From NCBI RefSeq assembly GCF_006345805.1, contig NC_043021.1, positions 8,618,001-8,682,000 on the forward strand: DNA of 64,000 nucleotides, read 5' to 3'. Shown one piece after another: positions 52,424 to 64,000 of the stretch. Under the pieces are notes generated by a model. That model made no database searches. It was given only the letters and a program-made list of their open reading frames with translations, and had not been told where the DNA came from. Each line of letters starts with the position of its first letter. Within the stretch, counting starts at the first letter, position 1. A program made the position numbers and the translations under genes. This DNA is from Octopus sinensis. Its lineage: Eukaryota.

Positions 52424-52470
<47 letters not shown>

Positions 52471-52609
52471 CACAGTATACATATGTATGTGTGTATGTAT
52501 GTATGTATGTATGTATGAATGTTTCTATGTATGTATGTATGCATGTATGTTTGTTCCTTCCCGAGCCACCTGGACAAGACGCCGGTCCGTCGCAGGTGAG
52601 CTGCTAGAT

Positions 52610-52883
52610 CAGTGCTTCCCAAACTTTTCAGGTCCCCCCTTGACACCTATGCCATATTCCTAGCACCCCACCCCCAACTAACCATCACAAGTATAGGCCT
52701 CCTTCTCAAACAAATTCAAAGCACCTGTATTTATCAAATGAAACTTAACCTAATGAACCTATTATCTTGTTGTTTTTACATGAAATAGCTATCCCATTAT
52801 CGCCCCACGTTTCTTCAATGCCCCCTTGGAACCTTCCACTGTCCCAGAGGAAGGGGAAATACCGCCTACTTTGGGAACCACTG
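52610..52883. mobile_element. hAT (Charlie-like) MITE nested in a SINE-C
   Basis: TIRs cagtgcttcccaaa / tttgggaaccactg; 8-bp TSD tgctagat / tggtagat; the flanks rejoin into SINE-C sequence. Confidence 0.8.
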
Positions 52884-53014
52884 TGGTAGATGCAGGAGAA
52901 AAGAGCGAAAGAAAGTTGTGGCGAAAGAGTCAGCAGAATTTCGCCATTACCTTCTGCAGTGACGTGAACAATAGCAATATCAATAGTAATAATAATAATA
53001 ATAATAATAATCCT

Positions 53015-53580
53015 AAATACCCCTGATGCAATCCCAGGCAGTGGCTCTCATGGCTGCTGATCTTAACTGATTGGAAGTGTTATCATGTACATTGTTTTTG
53101 TTGGTCTTTGTATAAAAGATGGGCTACAGCGCAAATATTCTGCTCAATACCCCCAGATTTGCTTGTCAGTTGTTTTGACCTTGACCAGTTGAGCATGTCC
53201 TACTGGCTGACGATATGTGCATCTCTGATCAAGAGCAGAAGTAGTGGGGGACATCATAGCCATGTGTTGAGAGGGATTCTTTGGGGTTTGAATAATTCAC
53301 CTCTGGAAACAGTGGGTGGTTTCTTTCAACATCCTTAACAACCTTATTCAGGGACCTTTTGAGCGGGATGGGCTACTCAACCTGAAGAAAATTCTAACTG
53401 GGCCCCCACCTGCATGGTCATACGCGCTTTTATTTTTGTTTATGAGATCACCATGTCGCGCACATATGGTTGATGTGTGCCTGGGTGTACCCTTATCAGA
53501 CGGGTAGTCATGATGGATATACTGGGCTTCGTATATTTTACCCCAGTGTCACTTTGATGGCATGCACTGCTCTCTCACTC
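53015..53580 (+). mobile_element. Family-E element inserted in the (TAA)n spacer of the hammerhead-tailed element
   Basis: Flanked by aataat on both sides; host sequence lies at 52956-53012 and 53581-53785. Confidence 0.85.
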
Positions 53581-53676
53581 AAATAATAATAATAAAAATA
53601 ATAATAATATAATAGCAACACAACAACATCGAAATATACCTTAGGAATGAGAACCCAGGTTCGAAATTTGCCCCAA

Positions 53677-53723
53677 GACATCTGATGAAGGCTTGGAGGG
53701 TATATCAGCCGAAACGTTGTGTT
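53677..53723 (+). ncRNA. Minimal type-I hammerhead ribozyme motif (same family as 32993-33038)
   Basis: gacat-CTGATGA-A-GGCT(t)G...CAGCC-GAAAC-GTT-gtgtt, with the canonical CTGATGA core. Confidence 0.65.
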
Positions 53724-54360
53724 AACAACAAACAAGATGAGGACAAATATCCGTCTAATGTAAATAATGTAAACAATGTACACACATATACTAAATAATA
53801 CTGACACTTGGCTCATTTGGTATCACTCAGTGAGACAAATTCGGTGAATACCAGTATTATTCAAACTAAGGCTAAATAATTTCCTGAAACAATTGAGTTC
53901 GTATTAAAATACACTATCGATCCACCAATACGGTGTTGGTTGGTCACTAGTTCATTACTAACGTGTGCATGTGCGTGTGTATGAATTGTGTGCGCGAGGG
54001 TGTAGGTATGTAGTAATTTATAGGTCCAAGGTAAATTTGTACATGAAACGTCAAGTAACGAAACGCTAGATATTTTTATTCGCAACATCCCTCATGCTCT
54101 GCATTTTGTGCCAACGTTAGCAACGTTTACAATCGAAATATCAAATCAGGATCTAGGTTAGGACTTAAGCTTAGAAAATACTGGCTAATCTTTCAAAGAC
54201 TTGATGAAGTTTGAAATGTTCTATTTGGAAAGAAGCCAAATTTCTGTTGAATCCGTCTGGATTTATTGACATTCAATCTTTTATTTCGGATTTATAACTT
54301 TCACCATATAAGTATTGTAAAAGACTTAATGTTTAATATTTAAAAATGAAAGTTTACACC

Positions 54361-54412
<52 letters not shown>

Positions 54413-54524
54413 CTCTCTCTCTCTCTTCTTTCTTTTCTCTCCTCTCTCCTCTCTCCCTGTTACTCTATCTAACTTCTTTGTTTTCTCTTTACATGTATTC
54501 ATATGCGCTCGCGTATGTGTATTT

Positions 54525-54817
54525 TTATTCGCCGTTTTCAAGCCTAGCCAGGCTCATGGGCCCCGTTTCCCGGTTTCTGTGGCGTATGTGTCCCCCCTCC
54601 CCGCTGGATGGGACACCAGTCCATCGCAGCGTTACGCAAGAAACAGGAAGAGAGAGAGTGAGAGAAAGTTGTGGCGAAAGAGTACAACAGGGGTCATCAC
54701 CATCCCCTGCCGGAGCTTTTAGGTGTTTTCGCTCAATAAACACATGTCTGGGAATTGAAACCGCGATCCTCCGACCGCGAGTCCGCTGCCTTAACTACTG
54801 AGCCATTGCGCCTCCAC
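54525..54817 (-). mobile_element. SINE-C
   Basis: Minus head gtggaggcgcaatggctcagtagttaaggcagcggactcgcggtcgg. Confidence 0.85.
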
Positions 54818-54949
54818 GTATGTGTGTGTACCCATACAAATAATATGTATGTATGCGTTTGTACCTAAAACTCCTTGTCATGTGCTAAGAAGGTAGATTG
54901 AGAGAAAGGTTGTTGAACTCCATATTGTCCAAAACATTCCGAGGCTTTT

Positions 54950-55209
54950 CTTTCTTCTTTCTTTCTTTCTTTCTTTCTTTCTTTTACTTGTTTCAGTCAT
55001 TTGACTGTGACCATGCTGGAGCACCGCCTTTAATCGAGTAACTCGACCCCGGGACTTATTCTTTGTAAGCCCAGTACATATTCTATCGGTATCTTTTGCC
55101 GAACCGCTAAGTGACGGGGACATAAACACACCAGCATCAGTTGTCAAGCAATGCTAGGGGGACAAACACAGACACACAAGCATACACGCACACACACACA
55201 CACACACAT

Positions 55210-55244
<35 letters not shown>

Positions 55245-55410
55245 CATATATACGACGGGCTTCTTTCAGTTTCCGTCTACCAAATCCACTCACAAGGCAT
55301 TGGTCGGCTCGAGACTATAGTAGAAGACACTTGCCCAAGGTGCCATGCAGTGGGACTGAACCCGGAACCATGTGGTTGGGAAACAAGCTACTTACCACAC
55401 AGTCACTCCT
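54950..55410 (-). mobile_element. SINE-A, full length
   Basis: Matches the other SINE-A copies. Confidence 0.9.
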
Positions 55411-55624
55411 GTGTGTAGTTTTGTTGCGTGAGAAGGGAAAGAGGATAATCCTGATCAAGCTTATAGTCCCACAAGGAAAAGAGATATTATCAAGTATATA
55501 AACGAACGAGAAGCAGGGACCTGAACGTTTTGCAGGTTTGTAGAGGGAAGAGAAAGTCGGTATGGCTATTTCCAATCAAAGTTGTCCGTTGAGGATCCCT
55601 TGCCGGGTTAGCAATGTGAATGCT

Positions 55625-56255
55625 TATTTATTTATTTATTTATTTTTTAATTTTTTTATTTTATCTAGTTTCAGCTCACGAGCTGTGGCCATGCTGAGGC
55701 ACCGCCATTTGGTGTTGCTACATGATTTTACTTAACGAATGCTTTTTAGTAACTGCCATTTGGTGCATGAGAAAGCTCGATGCAGCTGCCCTCATCTGCA
55801 CCTCCTGCCGTGAAGTTGGTTCATCTGGGACACCTGACAGGAAGAGATCCAGTTTTATTTTAAAGACATCTGCATCCACCCCATGCAGGTCTCTCAGGTT
55901 CTTCGGGAGGATATTGAAGAGCTGTGGGCCTCGAAGCCCAGGCTATCACAGTATCTTGTCCTACATCTTGATGGGCAATTTGGAGTCCTTGGCACTATGC
56001 AGTGCCGCCCAGTTCGGCATTTGTGTAACTCTCGATGCCAAAGTTTGGGACAAGTCCTTCTAGGATCTTCCAGATGTATATTATGGCATATCTTTCTTGC
56101 CTACGCTCTAAGGAATAGAGTCTTAATCTCTTGAGTCTTTCCAGTAGCTTATATGCTGCACAGAGGCTATCTTCTTCGTGTAGCTTCGTTGGATCGCCTC
56201 AAGTTCCGTGATTAACTTGACACTGGATGGTGACCATAGCTGAGAGCAATAGTCA
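55625..56255 (-). mobile_element. 5'-truncated CR1/L2-group LINE (RT C-terminal region, 3'UTR, A-rich tail)
   Basis: Minus translation across a frameshift: DYCSQLWSPSSVKLITELEAIQRSYTKKI...YW.RLKRLRLYSLERRQERYAIIYIWKILEGLVPN; tail ggcggtgcctcagcatggccacagctcgtgagctgaaactag plus (taaa)n. Confidence 0.88.
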
Positions 56256-56499
56256 TAAGAACACGAGAAAAGGGTTGGGATAATCGGTCGGTCACAGCTG
56301 AAAGGGCCTGTTGATGATTATAGAGCAAGAGGAAGGGGGTAATCTGGAAGCCAAGGGAAGATGGGTAATGATTTGGCCAGCATGGGCCGACTCGCTAACG
56401 AGAGGTATCAGAATGCTCGGTTAGCGCTGGACAGCATCCGATCAAATCGATTCACGTTAGCCAATATTGCGTTCGCCTTCGGTGAAGGAAAAGTATTTA

Positions 56500-56920
56500 T
56501 AGGCGTAGCAGTGGCTTTTTGATAAGTAGCTTGCTTACAACCACATGGTTCGGGTTCAGTCCCACTGCTGGCACCTTGGCAGGTGTATTCTGCTATAGCC
56601 TCGGGCCGACCAATCCTTGTGAGTGGATTTGGTAGCGAAACTGAAGAAGCCCGTCGTAATATTTATATTATATATATATATATTATATTATATATATGCG
56701 TATTTTTGTTGTGTGTGCTTGCCCCCTCCCCCAACATCGCTTGACAAACGATGCTTGTGTGTTTACGTCCCCGTAACTTAGCAGTTCGGCAAAAGAGACG
56801 GATAGAATAAGTACTAGGCTTACAAAGAATAAGTCCTGGGGTCGATTTCCTCGACTAAAGGCGGTGCTCCAGCATGGCCACAGTCAAATGACTGAAACAA
56901 GTAAATGAATTAATGAATAA
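56500..56920 (+). mobile_element. SINE-A, full length
   Basis: Matches SINE-A with several 1-bp deletions. Confidence 0.88.
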
Positions 56921-57233
56921 ATGAATTTATTACACACACACACAGATAATATATATGTATGGATTTTCTATGAGCTTTATATTAGTTCTTGAGAGAGAGA
57001 TAGTCCAAACAGGACGCTAACAAAGAGACGGTTTGAATTAAAAGAGTTCCCGGTGTTCGTAAATATGTGATTGAGTTGGTGTGTTGGTTGAACTGTCGAC
57101 GCATGCGTGCAGGTGTGTGCATCAATGCACATGAAGAATCTTAGATTGGAGAATTCTTGGAATGTCTTACGAATCTTAACTGAGCCACGAATAGATTGGA
57201 TTTGGGGAACCAGCATCAATTTCATTTGCTCTC

Positions 57234-57922
57234 GTATGTATGTATGTATGTATGTATGTATGTATGTATGTATGTATGTATGTATGTATGTATGTATGTA
57301 TGTATGTATGTGTGTGTGTTGTGTGTAGGTATGTATGTATATATGTATGTATGCGTGTATGTATGTGTGTATGTATGTATATATGTATGTATGTGTGTAT
57401 GTATGTATGTATGCATGTATGTATGTGTGTGTGTGCATGTATGTATTTATGTGTGTATGTATGTAAGTATGTATGTGTGTATGTATGTAAGTATGTATGT
57501 ATGTATGTATGTATGTATGTATGTATGTATGCATGTATGTATGTGTGTGTGTGCATGTATGTATTTATGTGTGTATGTATGTAAGTATGTATGTATGTAT
57601 GTATGTATGTATGTATGCATGTATGTATGTGTGTGTGTGCATGTATGTATTTATGTATGTGTGTATGTATGTATGTATGCATGTATGTATGTGTGTGTGT
57701 GCATGTATGTATTTATGTGTGTATGTATGTAAGTATGTATGTATGTATGTATGTATGTATGTATGCATGTATGTATGTGTGAGTGTATGTATGTATGTGT
57801 GCATGTATGTATGTATGTATGTATGCATGCATGCTTGCATGCATGTATGTATGTATATATGTACGTATGTACGTATGTATGTATATATGTACGTATGTAT
57901 GTATGTATGTATCTATGTATGT
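57234..57922. repeat. (TATG)n tract with a higher-order repeat
   Basis: The block gcatgtatgtatgtgtgtgtgtgcatgtatgtatttatgt recurs 4 times. Confidence 0.92.
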
Positions 57923-58181
57923 AAGCATTGGAAAATTGATATTTCAAATGTGATAGCATAACGGTTAACCAATGCTTAGCAGTCCATGTAAATCCATGCA
58001 TAGCCAAATTCCAATCAAATATTTGGCATAATATGTTCTCCGAAATCCGTGCTTCGATCTATAAAAACAATGAATAAAACATTCGCTGCCATTGCGGAAA
58101 TTTGCAATATATCGAGGTGCGGATTTCGTCTAAGCAGGTGAGCATACATTTAGTATAATACACAGGTGGTGATAGTTCCGT

Positions 58182-58630
58182 ATTCTTTCTTTTCTTTTCT
58201 TTTATTCTTTTACTTGTTTCAGTCATTTGACTGCGGCCATGCTGGAGCACCGCCTTTTAGTCGAGCAAATCGACCCCAGGACTTATTCTTTGTAAGCCCA
58301 GTACTCATTCTATCGATCTCTCTTGCCGAACCGCTACGTGAGGGGACGTAAACACACCAGCATCGGTTGTCAAGCAATGTTGGAGGGGACAAACACACAC
58401 ACACACAACACACACCACACACACACCACACACACACACACACACACAATATATATATATAAATACGACAGGCTTCTTTCAATGTCCGTCTACCAAATCC
58501 ACTCACAAGGCTTTGGACGGCCCGAGGCTATAGTAGAAGACACTTGCCCAAGGTGCCACGCAGTGGGACTGAACCCGGAACCGTGTGGCTGGTAAGCAAG
58601 CTACTTACCACACAGCCACTCCTGCGCCTA
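58182..58630 (-). mobile_element. SINE-A, full length, fused at its 5' end to a U6 fragment
   Basis: 5' end taggcgcagg at 58630-58621. Confidence 0.9.
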
Positions 58631-58631
58631 G

Positions 58632-58671
58632 AAATATGGAACACTTCACGAATTTGCGTGTCATCCTTGCG
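58632..58671 (-). pseudogene. U6: U6 snRNA 3'-terminal 40-nt retrocopy
   Basis: Minus: CGCAAGGATGACACGCAAATTCGTGAAGtGTTCCATATTT, one mismatch to the conserved metazoan U6 3' end as I recall it (...GTGAAGCGTTCCATATTTT). Confidence 0.93.
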
Positions 58672-59319
58672 AAGTTTTAAAAAGGTGAGTCACTGCTGAA
58701 ACATTACTCCGTCATTCACTAATCACTTCCTAGGATTTCTATCTTTGTATTAATTCACGCGCCAAAAGATAAGTTCTACAAATGACCTCGTTAGTACTAA
58801 ACCTCAACTTTTATACTAAATATTCTGCACAGGATCGTGTCATTATAATGACTTACATTTCATTGGACCCAACCAGTATTGTAGCTCACCCCCTAATCTA
58901 AAAGAAGAGGTAGGCAATGCAGCAGCACACCGTTCACAAAAGACAATCAAAGACAGGACCGAACCTGTCCCATGGCTTGACCTTCACACTACACAAGTTA
59001 ACATTTCCCACCCGTCGCAGAACACATTGAATGTGTTTATTTAGGAATATAACAAAACCCATCTGTAGTATGAAATCAATATTGAAAACAAGATATCCCA
59101 CCAAAAAACACTTCACAATAGAACGAATTTCCTGCAAGGTATAAAATAACGAAATAATGTTCTCAGTAGAGAGCTATTTAGCATTGGAGTGATCAACCAC
59201 AATGAAACTACAGAAAACAAATCGCAATTATTTTCGGCATTGTACTTCAATTCACAATTTTTTTTTTTAGACAACGAGTATAATCCTTTGAATAGGGAGT
59301 ATAACGATAAAAACGTAGC

Positions 59320-59585
59320 CCTTTTCAAGCCTAGCCAGGCTCATGGGCCCGGTTTCCCGGTGTCTGTGACGTATGTGCTCCCCCCCCCCCCGCTGGATGG
59401 GACGCCAGTCCATCGCAGCGCTATTCAAGAAACAGGAAGAGAGAGTGAGAGGAAGTTGTGGTAAAAGAGTACAACAGGGGTCGCCACCATCCCCTGCCGG
59501 AACATCGTGGAGCTTTTAGGTGTTTTAGCGCAATAAACACATACAACCGCGAGTCCGCTGCTCTAACCACTGAGCCATTGTGCCG
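59320..59585 (-). mobile_element. SINE-C
   Basis: Close match to 54525-54817. Confidence 0.85.
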
Positions 59586-59749
59586 AATTGGGAGTATAAT
59601 AAAATAATAATTTTAATAATATTTAAGGTGGTCAATTGGTAGAATTATAAGAGTACGGGGGAAAAAAAAAGATTGGAGAAAATGTTTTATTGTGCCTAAG
59701 TTAAAAATGATCAAGTTCGCTTTTTATCTCTATTGGGTTGCAAAAATTA

Positions 59750-60314
59750 TTGGGTTGTCCGGAAAGTTCGTGCCGATTTTTAAAGAAAAGAAAAAGGTCA
59801 ATAAATACTTGCCATTACATTTTTAATCAACCAAATATGAACCCTTTTGTTGCACAATGTGTCTCCATATTTCCATTAACTTGAAAATGCCCCCTTCCCA
59901 GAATTGAGGGGGTTTTATGGCAAACAATTCATCAAGCTATCTTTTTACATCATCCAAGGAATTGAAATTTTTACCATTAAGACTATTCTGCAGAGACCTG
60001 AATAAGTGGAAATCCGAAGGAGCAATATCTGGTGAATATGAAGGGTGGGGTAACACATCCCAGCCGATCTGCAGCAATTTTGTCTGGTTCCCAAAGATTC
60101 AAGTGCCGAAAATGAACTTTCTTATTTTCCATTTTAAAGGGTTACAGAATTAACACAGGTTATAGGAACATAAACCTTCTTCCAAGAAAAGATAGCTCAA
60201 ACTGTGCTCTAAATGGAGGTGCAGTTAAATCCTATTTTATGGACTCAACCATGTTCTAAAATAAGTCGAAATGTAAGCTACTATAAATCGGCACGAACTT
60301 TCCGGACAACCCAA
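59750..60314 (-). mobile_element. Non-autonomous mariner, same family as 4156-4721
   Basis: Same TIRs, TA TSD and internal deletion junction; opposite orientation. Confidence 0.93.
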
Positions 60315-61196
60315 TAGATACTGGTGAGGCATTGAAGTCGATATGAGCAATTGGCACTTATGATTATCATGCTTCTTCAAGTAAGTAATCTACAGCTGAA
60401 GAAGAACTAGCAAATATGAATGTTGCTTCTGCTTTAAGGGAGAGTGGATAATGGCGTTAGATTCAACGGTCACAGTGAAAGGCAGCAGAAATTGCAGGAA
60501 CTGTTAACTTTGAAGGGCATGATGTAATAAACCTCTTAAAAAAACAAGAGTATGCAAAATATAAGGATTCTTCGGCCTATGATTGGTTCGTTTGCTTTTT
60601 AAACATTAGGAATTAAATGTGCATGAAGCACAGTTGGATTTTGAACTCAGAGCGTAGAAGAGTCTGAGATTGAATACTGCAGAGCAACGGAAGACAACAG
60701 AGTAAAGAAGTGAGGAGAGGTTTGTATGATGTGAAGTATAGTGAATATTTAGTTGTACGACTAGCAATAATCAATATTAGTAGATGAGATAAAGCTGAAA
60801 TATCGACGATGGAATGTACGAAAGGATTGCTGAAATCGATACTATTAATCGATCAATATCGATCAATGCTACATCATAGGAGGAGAATTATCATTGAAAG
60901 ATTGTAAGATTCGCAAATGTGTCAAAATAAATTTCGTTATTCTTTTTCTATCGTTTTCCATATATTAATGTTTTACTATAGTCAAACACTAAGACACCAG
61001 GTTTAATAGTTGTAAAGTCGTATTATTCATATTTCCAATACCTCTACCAACATTGCTTAAATTGCTGTTATTGTTATTGCCGTTGTTGCTGTTTATCCGC
61101 ATTTTAGTTCTGTTAAAAGCTGTTCCAACCATGACCATCCGATCTTTTATTCAGACATTTTTGATTTGAGGAAGACTTCACTGACATATATCTAGC

Positions 61197-61380
61197 CAGT
61201 GGCGTAGCCGGAGTGTGTGCAACCTGGGGCAGCCCTTGATTTTGCCGCCCACCCCAGGCCACAAATAAGCTTAAAAACGGTTTATACAGTTGAACCCAAT
61301 GTGCTGCTCCACTAAAAGTGTCACCTGGAGCGAACCGCCACTCCCCCCTCTCACCCAGCCACCCTACTGCACCAAACACT
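61197..61380. mobile_element. Possible hAT-like MITE
   Basis: GC-rich island starting cagtggcgtagc and ending cactg; no clear TSD. Confidence 0.4.
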
Positions 61381-61563
61381 GTCACATCCGAAACTAAGTC
61401 ACACAACGTTCAACAGATCGATTTAACTGTGTTTTTCTTCCTATGTTACTCAAAGAGATAGAATGCATAATATTTACAGTTTTTCCCAGACAGGAAGTTG
61501 AAGTTATGGATGTTCAGATTAAATGTAACCTTTTATAATGGCATTGCTTAAATGTAAGCAATG

Positions 61564-61902
61564 TCACCGCAGGGTCGAATCCTTGTTGCAGAGTGGTGGC
61601 TTGTATGCCTCAATGACCTCCTCAATGACTTATGCCAGCGAAGTGCAAGATCCTGGTAGGGCATCCCATGCAGGACAGGTCAAAGGATTGAGGTCAGGTA
61701 AAAATGAATTTGCAAAGGGTCAACACCTCCACTTAGAAGAAAAATAAAATTTACAGAATTATCGATGGCAGTTTAAAACCTGGGAGAATAAGACTTCGCC
61801 CCAGAGAAACATAAGACATGGTGGACAAACCAGAGATGAGAACTGGAGAAAATTCGTCGATGGCCAATGCTCCACAGGGAGCGGAGGCTTAAGAAAAAGA
61901 AG
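61564..61902 (+). mobile_element. Bipartite RTE-derived non-autonomous element (5'UTR-like head joined to 3' tail)
   Basis: Head ccttgttgcagagtggtggcttgtatgcctcaatga...cctggtagggcatcccatgc resembles RTE 5'UTRs; tail encodes WRKFVDGQCSTGS then taagaaaaagaag; TSD tt(a/g)aatgtaagca(a/g)tg at 61548-61563 and 61903-61918. Confidence 0.65.
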
Positions 61903-62259
61903 TTGAATGTAAGCAGTGAAATACATCAAACTTTAGAAATGACTCCTGAGGTTTGATGGCTGGTAGCGGTTATCTGTTACAGACTGACCATCTTTCTCTT
62001 AAGTCCCATTAACATAGAATTCTAAGTTCTATGTTCTAAATCTACCAAAATTAATTCTGATTTTAGTGTTTCTTCATTGGTTCATTAGAATACAGTTTAA
62101 CACATGTGGATCACACAAAATATCGTGAGTTGGAAATTTGAGAGAATTATCATTGTTTATAAACATTTTCTGATGCTGGTTTAATTTATTTTGTGGCAAA
62201 CCAAGGGAAAAGTACACAGTTTAGTAGGACCCGCTTTACAAGATTCCGGGTTTACGAGT

Positions 62260-62425
62260 TTTATTTTTCAAGTACAAGATCTAAATTTTAAACAAAGTGC
62301 AAAAGTTTCTACTATCATAACAAATGCTTCAGCGTGTTACCGAGAAATTTATAGAGACCGAAAAAAAAGCTTCTTCTAAGAAAACAACTCTAGACTTGTT
62401 TTTAAAAAAGAAATCTACAAGTCCG
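62260..62425 (+). pseudogene. Tigger/pogo transposase C-terminal fragment
   Basis: QDLNFKQSAKV...NASACYREIYRDRKK then, after a frameshift, TTLDLFLKK; resembles the Tigger C-terminal CYREIY...KK...SLD.FF motif. Confidence 0.6.
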
Positions 62426-62522
62426 TCTACGTGTGCTTGTGAATCGGCGATCTCGTCTACAAGTGGTGTGCGCGAGTCTAGTGCGAGCGAAGGTTATTCA
62501 GAAAACTATTATATTCATAATA

Positions 62523-62765
62523 TTGGGTTGGTGCATAATTATTGCGGCTTTTTTTTTTTTTCAACAAATTTTATTCAACAAAAACAAAAACAACATGTGA
62601 CAAAAACATCTTTAAATGATTATTCCGAAGCATATTCACCATCTACTTCAATTACTGTTTCCCATTTTCTTGGTAGACGGTCAGACCCTCATTTAAAGAT
62701 ATTTTTGTTAAATATTATTATTGGTTTTGTTGAATAAAAGCCGCAATAATTATGCACCAACCCAA
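62523..62765. mobile_element. Mariner-type MITE (Hsmar1/MADE1-like TIRs)
   Basis: Perfect TIRs ttgggttggtgcataattattgcggctttt / aaaagccgcaataattatgcaccaacccaa with TA TSD. Confidence 0.92.
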
Positions 62766-63044
62766 TATTTTTTTTTTTTATAAATCATTTTAACATTCTT
62801 TTTATTTTACATAAGATCATCTTTAATACAAATGATTCTTCACTTCATTAAAAATAATTAAAAATTACTTCAGTTAATTAGAACTAAGAATTGTTAACTA
62901 CAGCAGATTTTGACCTTAAGGCATCCGAAAATAAAAATAGTGTAAGGTGTTTAGTTTGATTTATGCGTTCAAATCAACTGACTCAGGGCCCTTTCTGTAT
63001 GGACACTGATCGCTTAAACTTTCATTAAAATGTATACAATGCTT

Positions 63045-63840
63045 ACATTTGTAAACAATTTGTAAACATACAAGCATTTCTGAACAATGCACATAGTTGT
63101 AATTTATTTTTAAACGTACGTCCATTTTTAACGTTTTGTAAATATGCAATAATTTGTAAACAACTTATTGGATTGGAAGCACTCCGTCGGTTACGACGAC
63201 GAGGGTTCCGGTTGATCCGAATCAACGGAACAGCCTGCTCGTGAAATTAACGTGTAAGTGGCTGAGCACTCCACAGACACGTGTACCCTTAACGTACTTC
63301 TCGGGGATATTCAGCGTGACACAGAGTGTGACAAGGCTGGCCCTTTGAAATACAGGTACAACAGAAACAGGAAGTAAGAGTGAGAGAAAGTTGTGGTGAA
63401 AGAGTACAGCAGGGATCACCACCATCCCCTGCCGGAGCCTCGTGGAGCTTTTAGGTGTTTTCGCTCAATAAACACTCACAACGCCCGGTCTGGGAATCGA
63501 AACCGCGATCCTACGACCGCGAGTCCGCTGCCCTAACCACTATAAACTATATACTACATCTAAATGTACATATATTTGTAAATGGCATAAATATTTGGAA
63601 TTTATTTATAATCATAATACCAGTTGTAAACAATTTGGAAACGTAAATTCATTTGTAAATAATGTAAATATGTATAAACAATGTAAATATATACAAACAA
63701 TTTCTAAACGTACATACACCTGTAAACCATACAAATGTGTGTAAACAAGATGCAAATATACATTATTTGTAAATAATAAATGTACTTGTAACCAATTTGT
63801 AAAAATACATAGATTTACAAATTGTTCCAAAATATTTATA
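63045..63840. repeat. Degenerate tgtaaa(c/t)a minisatellite split by SINE-C
   Basis: Repeated ttgtaaacaa / tgtaaata motifs at 63045-63165 and 63545-63840. Confidence 0.7.
63170..63541 (-). mobile_element. SINE-C head and body with an alternative long tail
   Basis: 63360-63541 matches SINE-C; 63170-63360 differs from the other SINE-C tails. Confidence 0.8.
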
Positions 63841-63845
63841 TTGTA

Positions 63846-64000
63846 TTGGGTTGTCCGGAAAGTTCGTGCCGATTAATAGTAGCTTGCATTTCGACTTATT
63901 TTAGATCATGGTTGAGTCCATAAAATAGGATTTGACTACACCTCCATTTAGAGCACAGTTTAAGCTATCTTTTCGTGGAAGAAGATTTTATGTTCCTATA
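63846..64000 (+). mobile_element. Left end of the same non-autonomous mariner family (runs off the window)
   Basis: ta|ttgggttgtccggaaagttcgtgccgatt followed by sequence matching 4190-4310. Confidence 0.9.

Noticed and set aside
58632-58671. Functional U6 gene
   Set aside because: Only the 3' 40 nt are present; the ACAGAGA box and 5' stem are missing.
59731-59747. Second mariner TIR start (tattgggttgcaaaa)
   Set aside because: Better explained as the decayed ttcggggtcgataaa of an old SINE-B into which the mariner inserted.

Overview
Repeat-saturated, AT-rich eukaryotic non-coding DNA (intergenic or intronic), very likely from an octopus (Octopus sp.); this attribution rests on my recognition of its tRNA-derived SINE families and extreme microsatellite load, not on a search. 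No intact host protein-coding gene is supportable: nearly all ORFs in the track come from microsatellites or SINEs. The window holds more than 20 full or partial copies of one tRNA-SINE with an internal microsatellite (here SINE-A), about 9 copies of a second (SINE-B) and several other tRNA-headed SINEs. It also holds relics of R4/Dong, RTE and CR1-type LINEs, a Penelope GIY-YIG relic, mariner/Tc1/pogo/Tigger relics and MITEs, Helitron-like elements, and hAT- and Merlin-like MITEs. Most interesting: (1) several families of short repeats carrying minimal type-I hammerhead ribozyme motifs, one joined to a tRNA-like Pol III head; (2) a U6 snRNA 3' fragment fused directly to the 5' end of a SINE-A copy; (3) a CR1-type LINE whose 3' tail matches the SINE-A tail with a covarying hairpin; (4) a ~0.9 kb near-perfect palindrome; (5) a satellite array arising from a SINE; (6) a MITE carrying TTAGGG repeats. 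Repeat-family labels A-E are my own. Coordinates were read by eye; those of degenerate copies are approximate.
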